Shown: piece after piece, positions 16,983 to 26,951 of the stretch
Layout: each line of letters opens with the position of its first letter
Position numbering within the stretch: position 1 is the stretch's first letter
DNA from: a virus
DNA: 46,501 bases
Reading direction: 5' to 3' (one strand)
IMG/VR virus record: IMGVR_UViG_3300039443_000002
Position numbers and translations under genes: made by a program
The notes under the pieces: model-generated
What the model was told of the DNA's origin: nothing
The model's input: only the letters and a program-made list of their open reading frames with translations
The model's database searches: none

Positions 16983-19900
16983 TTAATTGGGTTGGATGTA
17001 GCGCTGTCCTTTTAGTGGTGCGACAATTTGATAGCCGACTAATCTAAATGTAGCTTCATCATAGTCCCATATCATGAGCTGATACGAATAGCCCACGCCC
17101 TGATGAATTGGAGCTTTAAACAATTGATACGGTTGGAACTGCTGCGCCGACGGTTGGATGTCGAAGCTCGCGTCATCCCAAACCAAGTCGGAGAATCCGT
17201 ATATATCACTCGTGGTTGCGCCGCTTTCGTCATTGCTGTAAATTACCGTGAAGTTACAATCCAGACGTTGAGTATATAGACCTAGTAGCTGAGCGGGGTC
17301 CTGACTGTCGTTACTGTTGACATAGGAGGGCTGGTACAGTACCTGACCAAATTGGTTGTCCATAAACGCATAAGCTTTAAGGACACGCTTGAATGCAGGC
17401 AATTGCTGCTGTGTGAACATTGGGGTCGTATAGATAGCTAGGTATCTCTGTCCGTATTCGACAACAGCATTCGCAGCAAGCGCCACGTTAGCCCCAGAAC
17501 TTGCACCCCCAGTACCAGCAGGAGGAGCGGTGGTAATGCTAGAGATAAGCCCGGTACTGCTGACACTGTAGCTACCTGTGAGTTGTGAGCTTGGTCCGCC
17601 GACTGGGACGTTGTCAACGAAGACGAATGAATAGTCGTCATTACCGTTACCGAATGCTGAAGGTGCAGTTACAGGGTTAGGTGGTGACAAGCTAATAGTC
17701 AACGTAGCTCCGGCTCCAGGGTCTGCCGCTAGGTACAGGTCGCCATTAGGTAGCTTAAAGTAGTCTTGTTGGAAATTAAGCGTAACTGTTTGGTTCCCAG
17801 TTCTCGCGCTGTTTAGGGTGACAACTAGGTCATTAACATCCGTTGTCGGGTGGACAAAGAAGCTGCTTAGCTTTCCAGTTTTGCTAAAGGCGATGGGATA
17901 GGTAAGCTGTTTTGCTGCGGTTGTGTAGCTGATGCTAGGGACGGGGGGTAGTTGGTAAGTGTCACCGACACCTGTGGCAATTCCCGCTTGGTGCCAGTCA
18001 ATGTAACGAGGACCATTGAATTTGAAGAAGACAGTGTCACTTGGCACGTTACTGCTTCGCAACCAGCTTCCAATTGCTCCGAAGTTGATGCCATTACCCC
18101 TGTCAACATATTCACCAGCGTGGCTGCAACTGAATCCGCTAGGAGTGTCGTACTGTGTCCAACTGTCTCTATATGTGTTGTAAACATATAGTTCCCGTGT
18201 TGTTGAAAGTTCTCCAAGCGTCGCTGCGCCAACATAGACAAGTCGGTCGGTTGAGCTGAACCTGACCCAAGGGAGTAGTTCATAAGCTGGGTTGAGTGTT
18301 ACTCCGAAACGCGTCCTTATCTTAACACTCCGTTCAATGGGCTTATATTCCTGGTTCTCTATCTGTGGCAGTAGGTCATACAGCCCAGTATCAGACAAAT
18401 ACATTACTGACACGTCTGTCTTAACTATGCATTGTTCGTTGCAAATTCCAACGTTACCAAGGTAGTTGGCATTACGGTTAGAAAATGTAATAGGTTGTCC
18501 TGGTCCGCCGTTGAGACGGTAGACAGACTTGCGACACATGGCGAACAGGTAGCCTTGGTGTTCAACACAAGTTACTGTTCTGTCGTTAGCGTCAAGAGGT
18601 AAAGTAACGGTAAATGGTGAAGTAGCAGCAGTCTGTGTAGAGTCAACTTGATAGAAAGCATAGTTAAAACCTAGACCTAATGAGTCATAGACGATGCTAA
18701 ACAACAGAAGCATAGGGTTATTAGCAAACCCGCCCCAGACCAGACGCCCCTGATAGAAGGCGACACTTCTAGGGAATATGCCAGAGTTATAGTCCGCAAA
18801 CTGACCGAAACCATAGGCTGTTATAATCCCCCCGTCTAAGTAGACATTATTCGTAGTCTGTGCGTTACTACCGACATAAGTAGGCTGTGTGTCAATTACC
18901 TGTACTCGCGACTGAGCTGGAATGCCTAGGGTGCTGGCTTCAAAGCCAATGTAAGTATAAGGAGTGTTAGTAGTTGTAATTAACGTACCGCTACTGTTGT
19001 AGACGGTGTATGACTTATAGATTAGGTCGTTACCTGCACCGTTCTGTATGGACTGTGCTTGTGCTACACCGTCTACCAGCACTAGAGTATTAGCTACAGT
19101 TTGTCCATTACCAAATAGAAAGCCTGTCTGTCGCTTACGTATAAACGACACATTATATGCCGTGCTGCCGTCGAGCGCACCAAAAGTAACGTCAAACGGG
19201 GACGGGTTAGTGAATGCAGTACTACCAGCAACATAGTACTGACCGTCGCTAAAGCTATACTGTGTAGCCGTACTAGGCTGATTATTGCTCTGGTAAGTGA
19301 AGGTGCTATTCCTGGTATTGTTCTTGTAAACATTAATTACAGCTGACGGATTGCTAACGTTGGGACTGTCAAGGTTACTGTTAATTGTTGACGGTACAGT
19401 GACGTTAACATCGAAGCCTATATTAGCGTTAGCTCTGACACTGTCCTGGTAGTAGCTGTTCCCTAGCCAGTATGTCCCTTCTGCCCACCATTGCCAGCTA
19501 ATGAAGTCTACTACGACAGTGGAAGTTCCCGAAGCCGGGAAAGCAGGTAGGTTATTAATTGTAAGACTTCCTCCTGCGTAAGACACACTCCACCCTGTTT
19601 GCCTAACTCGGTTGACATAGACAAGCAGGTTTGAAGTAGAAGCGTTAGTGTATCTAGTAGCGTTTGTGATGGTGACACTTGTCTGACTTGTGTTGGCGAA
19701 GGTTTGCTGTTGTTCTGTAAACTTTAACTGTACTGGCGTATTGACACCGGTTGCAAATATTATGCGCGGTTCTACTTCCGACGTGAGAATATACGACGGA
19801 CGGACGCCACTAGCTGCCGCAGTCCATACGTTAGCTTTCGACATAACCTGAGTGGCAGTGTCATTAACGACCTCATAAATGTTAAGACCCGTTCCACTCT

Positions 19901-20183
19901 TGACAACAACGAGGTTGAACTGAAGACCAGTCGTAACCGGAACCATAACAGAACCAACGCAGGAAGCACCACTGTTATAGTTAAGTACGTGGGTGCCCTT
20001 TCGCTTAAATACAGCCCCACTAATGTCAGTAATACAGTTGAGTAAAATAGGGCTGTCTTCATACGGGAGATTGGTCGGGGTCGCGACGACATTGAGACCT
20101 CCAAAGTTATTAGAAAGTATAGCCGTGTCGTTTTCGACCTGGTACGAAAACGCACGGCGTTCATAGTTTTGTGTTTCTGACAC
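16983..20183 (-). CDS. Tail tubular protein B / nozzle (T7 gp12-like), 1066 aa
   Basis: Follows the gp11-like gene. The N-terminal pattern GGLNVVATPTNLPYEDSPILLNC...GAVFKRKGT resembles gp12-type nozzle proteins (from memory). Confidence 0.6.
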   Translation of the reverse strand: MSETQNYERRAFSYQVENDTAILSNNFGGLNVVATPTNLPYEDSPILLNCITDISGAVFKRKGTHVLNYNSGASCVGSVMVPVTTGLQFNLVVVKSGTGLNIYEVVNDTATQVMSKANVWTAAASGVRPSYILTSEVEPRIIFATGVNTPVQLKFTEQQQTFANTSQTSVTITNATRYTNASTSNLLVYVNRVRQTGWSVSYAGGSLTINNLPAFPASGTSTVVVDFISWQWWAEGTYWLGNSYYQDSVRANANIGFDVNVTVPSTINSNLDSPNVSNPSAVINVYKNNTRNSTFTYQSNNQPSTATQYSFSDGQYYVAGSTAFTNPSPFDVTFGALDGSTAYNVSFIRKRQTGFLFGNGQTVANTLVLVDGVAQAQSIQNGAGNDLIYKSYTVYNSSGTLITTTNTPYTYIGFEASTLGIPAQSRVQVIDTQPTYVGSNAQTTNNVYLDGGIITAYGFGQFADYNSGIFPRSVAFYQGRLVWGGFANNPMLLLFSIVYDSLGLGFNYAFYQVDSTQTAATSPFTVTLPLDANDRTVTCVEHQGYLFAMCRKSVYRLNGGPGQPITFSNRNANYLGNVGICNEQCIVKTDVSVMYLSDTGLYDLLPQIENQEYKPIERSVKIRTRFGVTLNPAYELLPWVRFSSTDRLVYVGAATLGELSTTRELYVYNTYRDSWTQYDTPSGFSCSHAGEYVDRGNGINFGAIGSWLRSSNVPSDTVFFKFNGPRYIDWHQAGIATGVGDTYQLPPVPSISYTTAAKQLTYPIAFSKTGKLSSFFVHPTTDVNDLVVTLNSARTGNQTVTLNFQQDYFKLPNGDLYLAADPGAGATLTISLSPPNPVTAPSAFGNGNDDYSFVFVDNVPVGGPSSQLTGSYSVSSTGLISSITTAPPAGTGGASSGANVALAANAVVEYGQRYLAIYTTPMFTQQQLPAFKRVLKAYAFMDNQFGQVLYQPSYVNSNDSQDPAQLLGLYTQRLDCNFTVIYSNDESGATTSDIYGFSDLVWDDASFDIQPSAQQFQPYQLFKAPIHQGVGYSYQLMIWDYDEATFRLVGYQIVAPLKGQRYIQPN

Positions 20184-20194
20184 TGGCTACCTCC

Positions 20195-20953
20195 TTAGAA
20201 TAGACGCGCTCTGCGGTAGCGGAACATGGTAGCCGCGTCAGTTGGCATGTTCCTTTCCCTGTCTCTGAACTGCTGGGTCAGAATTTGGTACTGCTGCATA
20301 AAGAACTGCGCCGCATTCTGGTCGTCCAAATGCTGCATACACATAACCTGACTACCCCTATAGTAGAGCAGCTGCAAGAACCGCTCTGGCATGGGGAACG
20401 TGTCAGTCGGGTTTGTCGGGGACACTAGGGGCTTAATTACGTAGAACTGTATTTGCGCCTGACCCTGTGCCCCCGTCGGATAAGGGTTTAGTCGAAAGGT
20501 ATTATAGCCCCCAGCAGCCGTGTACATTCTGGGGACAAGTCCCTGACCTGAGTTAAGTGTGCTGTCGTCATAGCCGACGAGCGGCAAGCTGTCGAAGTCT
20601 GGAGGGTTAACGTAGCCGACACGAGCAAATCCATTGCTGGCAGTAGTAATACCAGCGGAATTACTGCCAGTTCCAATAGCGGTAGTATTACAAGTAATGG
20701 CTTTAAGCCTTTGTATGTCACCGAGGTAGGCATTTTCATTTGACCAACTTAATGCAGGAATGATGTTATACTGCCATGACCACTCATTCATGTTGGAAAG
20801 TTCCTGAGTGGCGTCACGAAGTACTTGAGCACATTTCGCAGCAGTCGGACTGGTAAGGTTGGTGACACCTCTTTCGCCTATGGTAGCCAAGACAATGTTC
20901 ACCGCCCCTAGGAGGTTTGTCGTGCTGGAGACTGTCTGGTTAGTGGCTGCCAT
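20195..20953 (-). CDS. Tail tubular protein A / adaptor (T7 gp11-like)
   Basis: N-terminal pattern AVNIVLATIGERGVTNLTS...AQVLRDATQELSNMNEWSWQYN matches the gp11 family signature. Position is just upstream of the gp12-like gene. Confidence 0.65.
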   Translation of the reverse strand: MAATNQTVSSTTNLLGAVNIVLATIGERGVTNLTSPTAAKCAQVLRDATQELSNMNEWSWQYNIIPALSWSNENAYLGDIQRLKAITCNTTAIGTGSNSAGITTASNGFARVGYVNPPDFDSLPLVGYDDSTLNSGQGLVPRMYTAAGGYNTFRLNPYPTGAQGQAQIQFYVIKPLVSPTNPTDTFPMPERFLQLLYYRGSQVMCMQHLDDQNAAQFFMQQYQILTQQFRDRERNMPTDAATMFRYRRARLF

Positions 20954-20959
20954 AAGACC

Positions 20960-21709
20960 TCACGTTGTAGGTAGTCCTAAATTATATTTTGTACTCAGGT
21001 AATTACGCGCTGCTAGACGAGTAGTACTATCATTTACTGAATAAAACAATATAGCTGCAATATTTATGACTATGAAATTATTGTCTGGGTCTTGACCAAT
21101 GTATAAATATTTTTGCCCAGAAGCGGAAGCTGTTCTAGTCCATTCAACCAAAAACCACTGGTTAAGGGCTGGATATGCGACACCTGTAGTTAATGTTGTA
21201 AAGTTAGTTATGTTTTGGCTTGCACCATTAAACCATACGCTTTGTGTTCCGGTAGCATCATAGCCAACTAAAGTAGTCGTATTGTTTAAGTTCCCGTAAA
21301 CAGCAATGTCACTGTCACTTACTTGTGCGGGTGCCTGGGACCTTATACATGCAATACCTTTGTAACCGCCACTTGCTACCCAAGCAACTGGAATGTTTAT
21401 TAAGTAGAAACCCATAGCCCAGGAATAGCTTGCTCCATTGGTTTCCATGTACACCGGAGAACCCGTCAAGTTGACACATGGCAAACCGCTTATAGAGTTA
21501 TAAGTTATTCCGGGTTGATTTGCTTTTGTAGTTTGGATAAAGTTGTTGTTAGCTGTTCCAGTTCGGTCATTCCATTGCGCAACCGTAGTTTGACCGGAAG
21601 TGGTGTCTAAAGTAATTCCATTGTCTGCTTCCCACCAACCAACTATGTTATTTGTCGGTGGTGATAAGCTAGAAATATTTGAAACGAGCTGAGGTAAAAG
21701 TGTAGACAT
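20960..21709 (-). CDS. LamG/concanavalin-A-like lectin-fold protein (249 aa)
   Basis: GWWEADNGITLDTTSGQTTVAQWNDRTGTANNNFIQTTKANQPGITYNSISGLPCVNLTG resembles LamG-type domains common in phage receptor-binding modules. Confidence 0.4.
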   Translation of the reverse strand: MSTLLPQLVSNISSLSPPTNNIVGWWEADNGITLDTTSGQTTVAQWNDRTGTANNNFIQTTKANQPGITYNSISGLPCVNLTGSPVYMETNGASYSWAMGFYLINIPVAWVASGGYKGIACIRSQAPAQVSDSDIAVYGNLNNTTTLVGYDATGTQSVWFNGASQNITNFTTLTTGVAYPALNQWFLVEWTRTASASGQKYLYIGQDPDNNFIVINIAAILFYSVNDSTTRLAARNYLSTKYNLGLPTT

Positions 21710-21711
21710 AC

Positions 21712-22014
21712 CTATCTAAAACTTCCAGAGTAGTACCAGTCTGAACTCAAAGTGTTTACAGAGCTAGTCACAATGTTTTGTATTACTGTCGGTACCTTAC
21801 CAGGGTAGTTATTTATTGCCGTGTTCAAGTCATCAAGTGTACCTTGAAGTACAGGAAACGCTACTGAATTATTTGTTGGGTGGACAATTGGCAAACTATA
21901 GCTTAGTGTCAACGCGTTTGGTAGTCCGTAATAATTCATTACAGAATTATTAAGCGAGCTATGGCTAGCAAGGTTTATAATTCTGGAAGCATTATTGAAA
22001 ATTATGAAAGGCAT
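21712..22014 (-). CDS. Hypothetical virion-arm protein (100 aa)
   Basis: Tightly packed ORF with 2-nt gaps to its neighbours. No family recognised. Confidence 0.5.
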   Translation of the reverse strand: MPFIIFNNASRIINLASHSSLNNSVMNYYGLPNALTLSYSLPIVHPTNNSVAFPVLQGTLDDLNTAINNYPGKVPTVIQNIVTSSVNTLSSDWYYSGSFR

Positions 22015-22016
22015 AG

Positions 22017-22427
22017 CTAGTAAGTTAATGAGACAGTTACCGTAAGAGAGTCGCCAACTGTGTCTACTGCCGCAGTATCAACAACGTTAATTATTATTGT
22101 GCTGTTAAGGAATATAGGACAAAGAGGAGTAAGGACATAGTTAGTAGCCCTAGCACTTGTCAAGTCTGGCATTCCTGTAGCAAAAGTATAACGGTAAGTC
22201 AACGACGCTGCTTGAGTAGCCCCACACACAACACGAGCGTAATAGTTACCTGCATTGTCTGAAATGTTTACAGCTAATTGTCTATTACCTGCTGTTGCGC
22301 TGCTGACTAGTACCGCATGAACTGCAACTATTTGTGAAGTTTGTGCCAGTGGTACGTAGTAACTTTTGCTACTTCCGTTGTTGGACACAAACCCCGGACT
22401 GGCTGGATTGAGTAATAATGCTGGCAT
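22017..22427 (-). CDS. Hypothetical virion-arm protein (136 aa), directly downstream of the capsid gene
   Basis: Tightly packed ORF. No family recognised. Confidence 0.5.
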   Translation of the reverse strand: MPALLLNPASPGFVSNNGSSKSYYVPLAQTSQIVAVHAVLVSSATAGNRQLAVNISDNAGNYYARVVCGATQAASLTYRYTFATGMPDLTSARATNYVLTPLCPIFLNSTIIINVVDTAAVDTVGDSLTVTVSLTY

Positions 22428-22460
22428 GTTAATTGCCCCGAACTAGCCGGGGCTATAAGG

Positions 22461-23576
22461 TTAGCTAATAGCAGGTATGGTGTTGGATGTATGAATTATC
22501 ACTGCGTGGTCTGGGCGGAATAGCTTGGTTCCGTACAGATGAGACATAGTGACAACATCAGCCAAGTACATGGATTGACGGCTAGCCTCTGTCATAGGGT
22601 CTTGCTGGACTGCCATAATAGCCCAATCGGGGTGTACGAGTAATGCTGTCTGATAACGGAGGTTTGTAGCAGCAGCATTGTAGGTACTAAGAGAGATGGA
22701 ACCAGCAGTGTTAATGAAAGGCAACGGAGTGAAAGCATCTTGTACGGGCAGGTATGGTCCTGTGGTAGCGGTGGTTGTGTCAGCGGTACATCCTGGAGTA
22801 GGCTGCGCTGTCGCACCAGTACCGTTCAGGTACCCTACAGGAGAGTTGTCAGTGATTTGGGAAGTCATATAGACTGGGATGTCGAAGATATGACCGACCA
22901 CTCCGTTATTAACTGGGTAATCCGCGTTGGTGTACCAGGTGTTGATGAACTTGTCAACTGCCAGTAATGCGTTGTACTGCTGGGGTGACACAATAAGTAC
23001 ACGGTCTTCCGCTGGGACATCGGCTGCATCCAAAATGGTTTTAGCGGTTAATATCGCACTATAGTTAAGTGGAGCGGGAGTACCAGTAAGAGTACCCGCG
23101 CCAGTGCCCGTTGAGTTGAAGATAACCTGTGATGAGTAGTTAGCCACCGCAGCACGGAGCGCAAGGACGCTATTGTCAAGGTCACGAGCAAGTGCGTACC
23201 CAGCTTCACGAGTATATTCCGCACGAAGACCATAATTGCTTTGGACATTGATTAAATCCTCCAACATGAAGGACGACTCTTTGTACTCTGTGATGTCAAT
23301 GAAGTAGTCGTTCTCTGTACGGGCTTGCAGGTTAACAGGTGTCTCCGAAATCTTCCGGTTGACAGCTGCACGAGAGATGGATGGGATGTGGAAGCGGTCG
23401 CCCTTCTTACCACGGAAAGGAATTGTCTTAGCATACTTAGCTGCAAGGAACTTCTGGTCGCGGAAGCGCTTTACCTCCGTACCCCATAGCTCCGGTACGA
23501 ATACATCACCCGTAGACTTGGTAATTGCCTGTCCACGGTACTGCCCTTGGAAAGTCGGTGTCGAGGGGAACGACAT
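22461..23576 (-). CDS. Major capsid protein
   Basis: 371-aa ORF downstream of the portal and scaffold genes. Size and position are typical of a podovirus major capsid protein. Confidence 0.75.
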   Translation of the reverse strand: MSFPSTPTFQGQYRGQAITKSTGDVFVPELWGTEVKRFRDQKFLAAKYAKTIPFRGKKGDRFHIPSISRAAVNRKISETPVNLQARTENDYFIDITEYKESSFMLEDLINVQSNYGLRAEYTREAGYALARDLDNSVLALRAAVANYSSQVIFNSTGTGAGTLTGTPAPLNYSAILTAKTILDAADVPAEDRVLIVSPQQYNALLAVDKFINTWYTNADYPVNNGVVGHIFDIPVYMTSQITDNSPVGYLNGTGATAQPTPGCTADTTTATTGPYLPVQDAFTPLPFINTAGSISLSTYNAAATNLRYQTALLVHPDWAIMAVQQDPMTEASRQSMYLADVVTMSHLYGTKLFRPDHAVIIHTSNTIPAIS

Positions 23577-23598
23577 AATTTATTACTCCTAAGTGTAT

Positions 23599-24066
23599 TT
23601 ACTGAGTGTGTTCAACGTGCTTTAGGGCTGAAACCCTTTTGGCATAAGACATACGTTCGTTAACTATGTCTTCCGGTAGCTTGTGGTATCTACCATTCTT
23701 CTCGTCTCTTTTGTAACCTTTACCGTAATGTTTTTCAGCGTACTCAATAATTAGTTGAGCTTGCTCTTGTTTGTCAATTAGGTATGGTTCCATCAGTCGC
23801 AAGAAATCTACTGCCCTGTTACCCCACAAACTCCAGTCATACTTTTGCCTGTGATGCTCCTTTTGCTTCGTAGCTAATGGGACTATTTCAGTACCAGGAA
23901 CCAGCAGAGTAAAGGGTTTCAAAGATTTAGGAGTACACATCGTTACCCTGACAACTACTTCTACAAAATTGCAGTTGTACTTTTTCTTTAGAGCGCAGTA
24001 TCCCTCACCTTCAAACAATCCGGCACACCAGATTGTTAACTCAGTAGGGTTGCTTGGGAATGACAT
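23599..24066 (-). CDS. Free-standing LAGLIDADG-type homing endonuclease (single motif, 155 aa)
   Basis: WCAGLFEGEGYC near the N-terminus and LRLMEPYLIDKQEQAQL later, as in LAGLIDADG enzymes. Inserted between the scaffold and capsid genes. Confidence 0.55.
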   Translation of the reverse strand: MSFPSNPTELTIWCAGLFEGEGYCALKKKYNCNFVEVVVRVTMCTPKSLKPFTLLVPGTEIVPLATKQKEHHRQKYDWSLWGNRAVDFLRLMEPYLIDKQEQAQLIIEYAEKHYGKGYKRDEKNGRYHKLPEDIVNERMSYAKRVSALKHVEHTQ

Positions 24067-24106
24067 GTGCTATCCTCTAGTTGTGTGTTTATCGAACTAA
24101 TCGAAA

Positions 24107-24805
24107 CTATGCGCCCATATCGACTTGACCGTTAGCGTAAGCGCTAGCTATACGGTCGGCGTTACGGGCGTATTCCTTATTTGACATACCTTCAATCTGA
24201 CTCTGGGTAAACTGATATCTCGACTGAGGAACGTCACCGCTACTAGACGACCTGTCAAATCTGGGAACCTGCTTCTGTGGCACAGCGGGCGATTGCTGTT
24301 GCTCTAATTGCAGCTTTGCCCAGATCAACTGAGCGCCTTCAGGGTTGTCTAGTTTTGCCTGCATCTCCTTCGGGTACTGAGCGAATCGCTCTTTCACCGC
24401 TGACATCCTGCGGTTAAACTCGGAACGGTTTACGTCCCAAGCTTCCCGTAGATTGTCCTCTTGCTCTTTACGAGACAAACGGGCAAGCGTGTCAGTAGCC
24501 TGCTTGAAGTCCATCCCCGTGTAGGATTTGAACTGCTCGGCAAATTCTGTGAACGCTTTGAATTGCGCAGGGTCTACCTGTACAGGTGGTGGCGTTTGCG
24601 TCGCAGGAGCATTAGGTACATCCAACATAGACAGGTCAACACCATTGACACTAGGAGCTTGCTGTGTCTCTTGTGACACATATGTCTTACCTCTGTCACG
24701 CGGGTCATTGCCGCTGTCCATTGCTGGGCGTTGGTTCCAGAGCAATTCGCCCTGTTCCTTCTCCATTGCTGGTTGGTCTGTTCCGGTGTTAACTGTGTCA
24801 GGCAT
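24107..24805 (-). CDS. Scaffolding protein (putative)
   Basis: 232-aa acidic, Gln-rich, helical-looking ORF immediately downstream of the portal gene. Confidence 0.5.
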   Translation of the reverse strand: MPDTVNTGTDQPAMEKEQGELLWNQRPAMDSGNDPRDRGKTYVSQETQQAPSVNGVDLSMLDVPNAPATQTPPPVQVDPAQFKAFTEFAEQFKSYTGMDFKQATDTLARLSRKEQEDNLREAWDVNRSEFNRRMSAVKERFAQYPKEMQAKLDNPEGAQLIWAKLQLEQQQSPAVPQKQVPRFDRSSSSGDVPQSRYQFTQSQIEGMSNKEYARNADRIASAYANGQVDMGA

Positions 24806-24808
24806 ATG

Positions 24809-26926
24809 TTATTGCGGTGGTGGTACTTGTTGGTCTTGTAAGTTTAGGTACGGACCTATGTCGATACCCGTAGCTTTCTTAGCCAGCTTTCGTCCTCTGT
24901 CTGCCATGAGCTGGTTTGTTAGTCCCGTTCTTACGTGGCGGTCTGCCAGCAGCGCCGCTAGTTGAGGGGAGTTTGCCCCGTTTAGCATCTGCATTGCCGC
25001 TTCCGTTGACCCGTTGCTTCCGTCCGAACTCGGCATACTGGGAGGCGTCCCCCCGGTGGTTGGTTGCGCCGATGAGGTCAAGGGGCTTGTGGGTGACGGT
25101 CCTTGCCCGTTTAGTGGGGGCTGCGATGAGCTTTGCGATGGTACACCTCCTTCTGGCGGTACAGGTTGAGCCTGCATGATGTAAGACTCTGGGTCATCAA
25201 AACCAAAGTGCTGCACTAGGTCATACAGTATTTTATGGTAATTGATGCTGTTCGCCATCTGGGGTATACCCGCTACCGCCTGCAAGAACTGCATACGAGA
25301 CTGAATGTAGTTCTCCCTGTCGGTGACATAGTCTGCACCAATTGGCTTTAGACTATAGTCCATATTAAGCGTATTGGCATCTACTTTATAGTATGCATAA
25401 CTTCCGGTCTGGTCGCCCGCAACGCGCACTACTTCGTCTTCTGTGACAAATTGCTGCATTAAGCGGAACACTTTCTTAAGTATAGGAAGTAAGCTAGTGT
25501 CTTCAATATGTTTATGGAGGTTTGACAACCTATTGCCGCCTGCATCTCTGAGGGCTTGAATCTCAGCCGCAGTGACTCGCTCTCCACTTCGTCCTTCACC
25601 AACGCTGACCATAGAGCCAGTTCCGAAGGCTTTGTCAATGAACTTCTCCAATACTTCTGTCTCTTCATAAGTTACATTCCACTGTTGAGGTAGTTCGACG
25701 GGCTGCAAGTCGGTATGGTCGCCGACAAGGAACACTCGCCCAGGTTCGGAGTAGACATCGTCCGGTGCTAACACTCCGTCTGACTTCAACGTGAACATGG
25801 AGTCTATACTTATCTCTAAGCTGTCTAGGCGCTGGTTCGTAATTATGTTTAATTCATGCAGCATTCCCATTGCTGGCTGGACGACACCAATGGCGTAAGG
25901 TGTCTGAGTCAGCGGTGTGCATGTTCCAACAATAAATGGCTTGCCGCACCAGTATGGGTTAGTCTCGAAGCGTAGAAGGTAGTCACCCATAACCGTAGCA
26001 ACAACATCATGATATGTTACCCCAGAGAGGTTTATATTCCCCCAATATTCAAGAATCATCACCTGGTCAAGGAGGTTTGGTGGAGGCGGAGGCGTGACAC
26101 CCTGCGCTATCCGCACCGAGTCCTGGTTACTGTCCGACTGGGTGTAGGGGAGCGTAGTCACTACGTCCGTTGGGCTGACCCCGGTGTAAAAGCCCTGTTC
26201 AATCAGGTTTATGACTTCAGCCTTGGTCTTGAGGATGCGTCTGATAAAAGTACAGTCGTTAGAGTCTTTCGCACGCGGCTCAAGAAAGCACTCGAACATA
26301 TCAAGAGTCTCGAACTCTGGTCTGTTCATTACGACCTTTGTCTGCTCCTGTACCTCCCAGTGGGTACGCTTGTCAATGTCAAGCGTGAACTCGTCCATCA
26401 CTGGAACTCTATTCTTAATGTTTTTCTTCCATTTAATGGCTTCATAACGCCACGGAAGCGCCATAACAGAAGTACCACATACCAGAAGCTGCCTAAGAAA
26501 CTGTTCATAATGGCTTCTGAAATTCGCAGCTTCCAACTTATTAGCTACATACTTGCGAATGACACGGGCAACTTCAGCGTAACCCGGCTGTTCTGGTTCT
26601 ACGTTAAACCATTCGTTATTTGGAAATGTAGCCGACATGAGGTATCCATGTATGGTTTCTACAGACTCGTAGCATTTACCCGTACTGATACGGTGCCGCC
26701 AGTCGCTATTAACGTTACCGACAGTCTTAATGGTGTGGTTGCGCTGGTCTGTTACAGCAATAGGCGTTCCTAGGTAAAGCATCCAAGCTTCGCGCCATGT
26801 GTCCTCTACCATAAGACGCTCGGTCATCAAGCGCTTATGCTCTGCTTTGACATAGCGGACAATGTCGTCGTCTACTTCTGGGTGGTCTGTACCGTAGGTG
26901 TCGGTTGTAATGAATTCGTTAGACAT
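24809..26926 (-). CDS. Portal (head-tail connector) protein
   Basis: 705-aa ORF immediately downstream of the large terminase and upstream of scaffold and capsid. Confidence 0.75.
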   Translation of the reverse strand: MSNEFITTDTYGTDHPEVDDDIVRYVKAEHKRLMTERLMVEDTWREAWMLYLGTPIAVTDQRNHTIKTVGNVNSDWRHRISTGKCYESVETIHGYLMSATFPNNEWFNVEPEQPGYAEVARVIRKYVANKLEAANFRSHYEQFLRQLLVCGTSVMALPWRYEAIKWKKNIKNRVPVMDEFTLDIDKRTHWEVQEQTKVVMNRPEFETLDMFECFLEPRAKDSNDCTFIRRILKTKAEVINLIEQGFYTGVSPTDVVTTLPYTQSDSNQDSVRIAQGVTPPPPPNLLDQVMILEYWGNINLSGVTYHDVVATVMGDYLLRFETNPYWCGKPFIVGTCTPLTQTPYAIGVVQPAMGMLHELNIITNQRLDSLEISIDSMFTLKSDGVLAPDDVYSEPGRVFLVGDHTDLQPVELPQQWNVTYEETEVLEKFIDKAFGTGSMVSVGEGRSGERVTAAEIQALRDAGGNRLSNLHKHIEDTSLLPILKKVFRLMQQFVTEDEVVRVAGDQTGSYAYYKVDANTLNMDYSLKPIGADYVTDRENYIQSRMQFLQAVAGIPQMANSINYHKILYDLVQHFGFDDPESYIMQAQPVPPEGGVPSQSSSQPPLNGQGPSPTSPLTSSAQPTTGGTPPSMPSSDGSNGSTEAAMQMLNGANSPQLAALLADRHVRTGLTNQLMADRGRKLAKKATGIDIGPYLNLQDQQVPPPQ

Positions 26927-26951
26927 TAGTTATACGTAATTAATGTATTGT

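Noticed and set aside
26009-26773. 254-aa plus-strand ORF antisense to the portal gene
   Set aside because: It lies entirely inside a well-supported minus-strand gene. The product is Arg/Leu/Val-rich and typical of a shadow frame. No SD and no operon context.
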